Shown here piece by piece: positions 9,230-13,677 of a stretch of 13,677 nucleotides of DNA. The notes under the pieces are model-generated. The model was not told the DNA's origin, did no database searches, and worked only from the letters and a program-made list of their open reading frames with translations. Origin of the DNA: Paraspadella gotoi. Lineage: Eukaryota; Animalia; Chaetognatha. The stretch is taken from NCBI GenBank assembly GCA_051294375.1, contig JBJCIZ010000403.1:1-13677 (forward strand). The letters run 5' to 3'. The position numbers and the translations under genes are program-made. Position 1 is the stretch's first letter. Each line of letters starts with the position of its first letter.

Positions 9230-9714
9230 CTAGAAATTTCTTACTATGCTAATAATTAATTTTTCAAAAACTTTGATCAGTTGTAGGATTTCATTGTAAG
9301 CTAAATCAGTTTCGGAAAATGCCAAAAAGCAACAGTTTTCAAAGTGTTTAATAAAATGTACATTATCGGGGTCCAGGTGAGATTCCCGTCGGCATTGCTC
9401 AACTTGACGAAGGATGGATGGAACTTGTGACTCGATTTTGACAAACGTGATTGGGAGACCGTTCGCAAAGGACCAGACATGCGCCAACCTCCCTCTCATT
9501 GTGCAGATACGCCGTCCAGATGGTTCAGGAGTTGACCCTCGCGCGCCGCCAATCTCTCCGAGGAACAGTAGTTTGATTTGGAAACGGCGGAAGGACAGAC
9601 AACGTCGGTGAAGTATATACAGAACGAGTGATATAAACAGTTAATGTGGAAGCATAGCTTTTGCAAAGTTTGACAGGATTCAAAAAAATTATTTATTTCC
9701 ATTGAAAAACCCAT
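9230..9714 (-). CDS. Hypothetical protein; ORFs 9496-9714 and 9230-9499 are probably one frameshifted gene (~160 aa)
   Basis: Two co-oriented ORFs overlap by 4 nt and have similar composition. The ATG is in an AAAAATG context. No recognisable domain. Confidence 0.5.
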
Positions 9715-9734
9715 TTTTCTTTAAAAAAATAAAA

Positions 9735-10517
9735 TTAAATAATCATACGATTGTTTACTAAATTTTCATAGGTTGATTTAAGAAATATGGCGCATCTATG
9801 ATTGCAAGAACATTGCGGCGGACTACAAGATTCGACGGCGATGTTCATTTGTACATCAGAGTCTCCCAACACCTTTTCTATGCATTGTCGCCATCTATCA
9901 AAATTTTCCCCTAAATTTTCTACGTTAAATTTATGGAAAAATGACCGGTAACTTAAAAAATTGATCAGAAAATCTTCCCTTTCTTCCCAATTGCTAAACT
10001 CTATACATTTTAAAATTTTATAACATATCGTATATGTTTCAAAAATATCTCGCAAAGAATGTAAATATTGTCCTATTTCACAAATTAAGTTACAAATTCC
10101 ATTCTTACTGTGCTGATTACCTTCGACGTGTAAATATTCGATTGAAAAAGACATAAATTTTAAAGGATTTAGTACTAATTTTTTAAAGAAGGAAAAGTTA
10201 GTTTTTAGCTGGGCGATATCCGGATTTGGAAGCTCGTGGTCAAAAAGGAAAAGTTTTTGTCTGTATACGCTCAAGTCCGGATCGTTCTCGGCATCTACCG
10301 CGGAAGCTATTTCTTCCCGACTCCCGTGAAACCTCGAGACGATGATGGAGATGGTGTGGTCCACCACTCGGTATTCGCGATGAAACAGATGGTGAGTTTC
10401 CATCAAGACTCGAAGCATGAACGTCAGCTTCTGCAAAAAACTCGATCGATGGGCCACGTCAACCACCGTTGGAATGGGATCTACCGCAAATTGTTCCATC
10501 TCCATCATCTCCGCCAT
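9735..10517 (-). CDS. Hypothetical 260-aa protein, intact and intronless
   Basis: Long ATG-initiated ORF in AT-rich DNA, co-oriented with pPolB. C-terminal C..CSC.H.C cluster. No family recognised. Confidence 0.75.
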   Translation of the reverse strand: MAEMMEMEQFAVDPIPTVVDVAHRSSFLQKLTFMLRVLMETHHLFHREYRVVDHTISIIVSRFHGSREEIASAVDAENDPDLSVYRQKLFLFDHELPNPDIAQLKTNFSFFKKLVLNPLKFMSFSIEYLHVEGNQHSKNGICNLICEIGQYLHSLRDIFETYTICYKILKCIEFSNWEEREDFLINFLSYRSFFHKFNVENLGENFDRWRQCIEKVLGDSDVQMNIAVESCSPPQCSCNHRCAIFLKSTYENLVNNRMII

Positions 10518-10615
10518 GATTATCTTTTCTCAAAAAACACAAATTTATACGGAAATATTAAACCACAAATTTCTACGGAAAGAATAAACCACAAATTAAA
10601 AGATTAAAGATTTCT

Positions 10616-11195
10616 CTAATTGTCTTTTTTAGCCCTCTTATTCGTGCCCACGTCGTAATCGTCCTCATCATCGTCGTCCTCCTCGTCGCGACAACGCGAC
10701 TTCTCCTCTTTCACGAAATCCATCAGCGACTGGAATTCCACGAGGGAAAGATAAATGGTTCCCAGATTTATCATCACCGTCTTGGTTTGACCAGTTGCGG
10801 CGGTAAAATGGTACAAACTTTAGAAAAAATATATAATTTATATTAATTTTTTTATCAAGATAAACTGATAAATGACAAAAATAAAAAATAAAAAGTACCG
10901 CTTGAATGGAGGTCCTGGCGAGCGGAGACACTTGATTCCTATTGGAAAGCGCCAGCGATAGCGAACGAGAGATAAAGATCCGATCACCGGTTACATTATT
11001 GTACCCAGATGTCTCGCAAGTACTATATATATATAAATAATTTTTTATTTTATAAATTTTCCTTTTGTTAAAACCGCAAAATGAAAAATTCACCTCTGGA
11101 AATGGTCAATGTCCTGGGTACCGTAGCGATTGACTCTACTAAGTGCGTAGTAAAATATTCTGCTCCAGGGTTTATAACTTTATGTACAAAATCTT
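10616..11195 (-). pseudogene. Multi-exon hypothetical gene with acidic and NLS-like C-terminus (5' end unresolved)
   Basis: Exons 11195-11094, 11022-10899 and 10817-10616 joined by GT-AG introns 11023-11093 (71 bp) and 10818-10898 (81 bp) keep one frame ending DEEDDDDEDDYDVGTNKRAKKDN. One TAA at 10991-10993. Confidence 0.6.
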
Positions 11196-11456
11196 CTATA
11201 AGAGTGTGGCAGGATCATAAAACATTCAAACGAACAAACATATACTTTCCATAATTACGCGTATGGGTTATAAAAAAGAATTTATAATACACATTTTTAC
11301 AATTATAACACGCTCTCCGTTTAGTGCCATATTTATACTACGTTACTCTACTTATGTCATAAACCAATCAACTCTCTAAATATCAAAGATCAGTGGTTCT
11401 CTTTTCTGTGCATACATATATATTTGCTTGCAGCGATTTGTGTGGCTGTTCCTCAT

Positions 11457-11600
11457 AAAAAGTTGATAAATAAGTAAATATAACTCTTTTTGGAAACACA
11501 TTCCATTCCATTAAGTGGGTCAAAAATTATAAAAAAGCCTTCATTTAAAACTTGAAATTAAACTCTTTTAAGTGTGTATAAATATAGTTTTTTTTTGAAT
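11457..11600. repeat. Fragment of the same foldback family as 5821-6398
   Basis: aaaagttgataaa...aatataactctttttg...cattaagtgggtcaaaaatta...aaatatagtttttt matches the central part of the intron-3 palindrome. Confidence 0.75.
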
Positions 11601-12539
11601 GTTTATAGAGCATCGGCCAGCTCTGGAAAGGCCACACTTTTAAAAATGATTTACTATTTGGTGATTTAGTGCTACAACTTTATGACGAGGAATCTCAAAT
11701 TGCAATCTCCATAATTAAGAGAACAGCCTATTGTTTTAAATTCTGTTTTGATTTCGTAATAAGAGTATGATTAACCATAATATATTAAATATAGCCTACA
11801 TAAGAAATTAAATTTTTTTACAAATTAATCATGTTCACATAGCATGGATTTAAGACATGCGTATGTTTGTTTGTCATGAACATTGAACTTTTGTAACTTT
11901 TCCATAACTGCTTAACTTTCACGTAATCTGACCTTATTGCTCTAGTCCAACTGCTTTCGACTGAACAGGCTACTAAAGCGTTCCTAGCTTCTTCGAAGTA
12001 AGGCTTCCGAGCTCCTATAGGCAGACATGACGCTAGAGAAGTACACCTATCGAACTTGAGCGAATGAGACCGCAGCCGGAATTCCAGCCCGAAGGCAAAA
12101 GAAAGAGGTCGTAAGTCCTTTCTCCACTAGGTGTCTTTATGCACAACGTGGCAGCTGGCGGCTTTCACGGCGAGCCACGATTACGGTGAAAACGTGAAGG
12201 AAGAACATACGGGGAATCGTTGATAGATCATGGAACTGGAGTGAGTGGCATAAAATGAAAGCGTAGAAAATTGATTGTCATTCATACTATCATCTTAGCT
12301 CGCCGATTCATTCATTCAATTCAATATCTTATAGATCAGAGGTACTCTCTGGTTTTGACGCTCGGGTTATCAGAAGTGATGATTGCTGATCTATGTCTTT
12401 TTGGGCTCAGCCTTAATGGCTTCCAAGGACAAACTAATTAAAAAATACACTAAATATGTAATATATTAAAGTCTACGATGTCATCGATGTAATGAAGAGA
12501 AAAAAATGGAATAAGGACAATTTTACTATTTTTACTTAC

Positions 12540-12979
12540 TGAACTTCTTCATTTCTATCCACCGCGGTTCCCTCCAGCCGCCCCTTAGTGCGAAAAATGT
12601 GCCATTCTCTTTCTTTTTTACCGATGTTCGGCGCAAGTGTTTCACCTTTTTTCTACAAAAAACGAAAAAAAATTAAATTAAGTTCCGCGTATATATAATA
12701 TATTCAAAATTACCTTAAATTTAAATTTTTTTTTTTTAAAGAATTAATGACATCAATTAATTGAACGAGTTCAACGTCTCTCGTCGTACGATTAATTTTA
12801 TTTTCTTTACACCCTTGGCAAAGGTAAATAAATTAGTCCTTACAAGTTGGACATACAGCGTTATCTTTATCATTATTAATAATTTTTCGTAGCAAAAAAT
12901 ACAAGTTGGATGGCCTCCCGCAATGGTGCGCCGTTGGCGAAAAAAATCTTCCGTAACAGACTGGACAACGCATAGACAT
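12540..12979 (-). pseudogene. C3HC4 RING-finger protein (putative E3 ligase), spliced and disrupted
   Basis: MSMRCPVCYGRFFSPTAHHCG / GHPTCIFCYEK / IINNDKDNAVCPTCKD via compensating +1/-1 shifts. TAA at 12833-12835. GT-AG intron 12653-12713 in frame to KKGETLAPNIG. Further GTAAGT donor at 12539. Confidence 0.7.
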
Positions 12980-13124
12980 ACTGTCGGGTCTGTAAAATAG
13001 GTGGAAAAAAAGGTCTTATTTATACCCATACTGAAAAGCACTTGAAATGTCAAAAGTAAGAATAAGTGGCTCGGTTTTGTGATTACACAGTGTGTATTTT
13101 TATTTTTTCCTCTACTCTCTATTA

Positions 13125-13677
13125 TTCAAACAAATCTTTGGCTACGTTCCGCTGGCCTTATCGGTTCTTTTTAAAGAAATCAGTCTCGATCCAAAATCGA
13201 TGTTGTAATAACGGCTAAAAAATGTAAACTGTCCTTACAACCTCGTTAATCTTTTACTTACTGTTAAAAGATGTTTTTTGCGTGGTGGAACCCGATCAGG
13301 TAAACGCGTTAGTAATACTTTATTTTATTAAAATATTGTTTAAATAATAAAAAAAAAACCCATTAAGATACTTACTGTAAAACCGAAAGGGTCAATGGTG
13401 AAGAAAACGCGTCCCCCTTTCTGGTGGACGAAAAAGTCAATGACGATAGTTAGGACGACGACGGTTTCCATCACGACACCACCATGAAGCACGGATCAAA
13501 CGATATCAGAAATAAGTTCAACCACGAGCGAGATGAAAACGAAAGAAGTGAGCGAGACGAACAAAAGGACGATGACGACCAAGGAGGTAACTGCAACGAC
13601 CCACGGGCGAGTAGAGACGACTGGGGATTGGCGAACGACCCACGGGCGAGTGGAGACGACTGGGGATTGGCGAACGA
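13125..13677 (+). pseudogene. Possible acidic low-complexity protein with 13-aa repeats, truncated by the window
   Basis: One frame across putative intron 13300-13367 gives ...CFLRGGTRS|DTYCKTERVNGEE...DEQKDDDDQGGNC(NDPRASxDDWGLA)2. Stops at 13206-13211 and 13451-13453. The acceptor lacks a pyrimidine tract. Confidence 0.4.
13595..13677 (+). repeat. 39-bp tandem repeat (2 units plus a partial third)
   Basis: aacgacccacgggcgagt(a/g)gagacgactggggattggcg at 13595 and 13634; third unit starts at 13673. Confidence 0.95.

Larger units (their letters stand above)
2480..13677. mobile_element. Putative endogenous Polinton/Maverick/adintovirus-related element, intron-rich and decayed; boundaries approximate, probably continues past the window
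   Basis: Contains a Polinton-type pPolB with endonuclease VII-like domain plus compact orphan, RING and acidic genes. GC/CpG-rich exons contrast with the AT-rich flank at 1-2480. No TIR, TSD, integrase or capsid seen. 11400-12400 may be inserted host repeats. Confidence 0.6.

Noticed and set aside
9414-11093. ORFs 9414-9611(+), 10236-10607(+) and 10668-11093(-)
   Set aside because: Antisense to better ORFs, or run through AT-rich introns.
11940-12260. GC-richer patch with possible splice signals
   Set aside because: The frames I tried have several stops and no recognisable motif. It may be a decayed TE, but I cannot support that.
12757-13053. 98-aa minus ORF as given
   Set aside because: Only GHPTCIFCYEK is in the RING frame. 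The rest is off-frame.
13595-13677. 39-bp repeats as a CRISPR array
   Set aside because: Head-to-tail with no spacers, length a multiple of 3, and eukaryotic context.

Overview
This looks like eukaryotic (probably invertebrate/arthropod-like) DNA. Bases 1-~2480 are AT-rich, non-coding and host-like. From ~2480 to the window end lies a gene-dense, CpG-rich block that looks like an endogenous Polinton/Maverick/adintovirus-related element. Its core is a minus-strand protein-primed-type family B DNA polymerase (pPolB, ~8998->2499) with an embedded endonuclease VII-like Zn domain. I reassembled it by hand from 12 exons and 11 spliceosomal-type introns (ten of 50-89 bp). Many introns split conserved motifs, which is unusual for this normally intron-poor gene family. 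The copy as given is disrupted by in-frame stops, many homopolymer frameshifts (possibly long-read errors), a ~325-bp tandem duplication, an internal deletion, three introns lacking GT donors, and two catalytic Asp substitutions. One intron was expanded by a ~580-bp foldback insertion flanked by an 18/19-bp duplication of the splice donor. Upstream are tightly packed co-oriented orphan genes, a cryptic RING-finger gene missed by the ORF track, and a divergent acidic gene with a 39-bp repeat. No integrase, capsid, ATPase, protease or TIR is visible in this window. Family assignments rest on motif recognition from memory, not on database searches.
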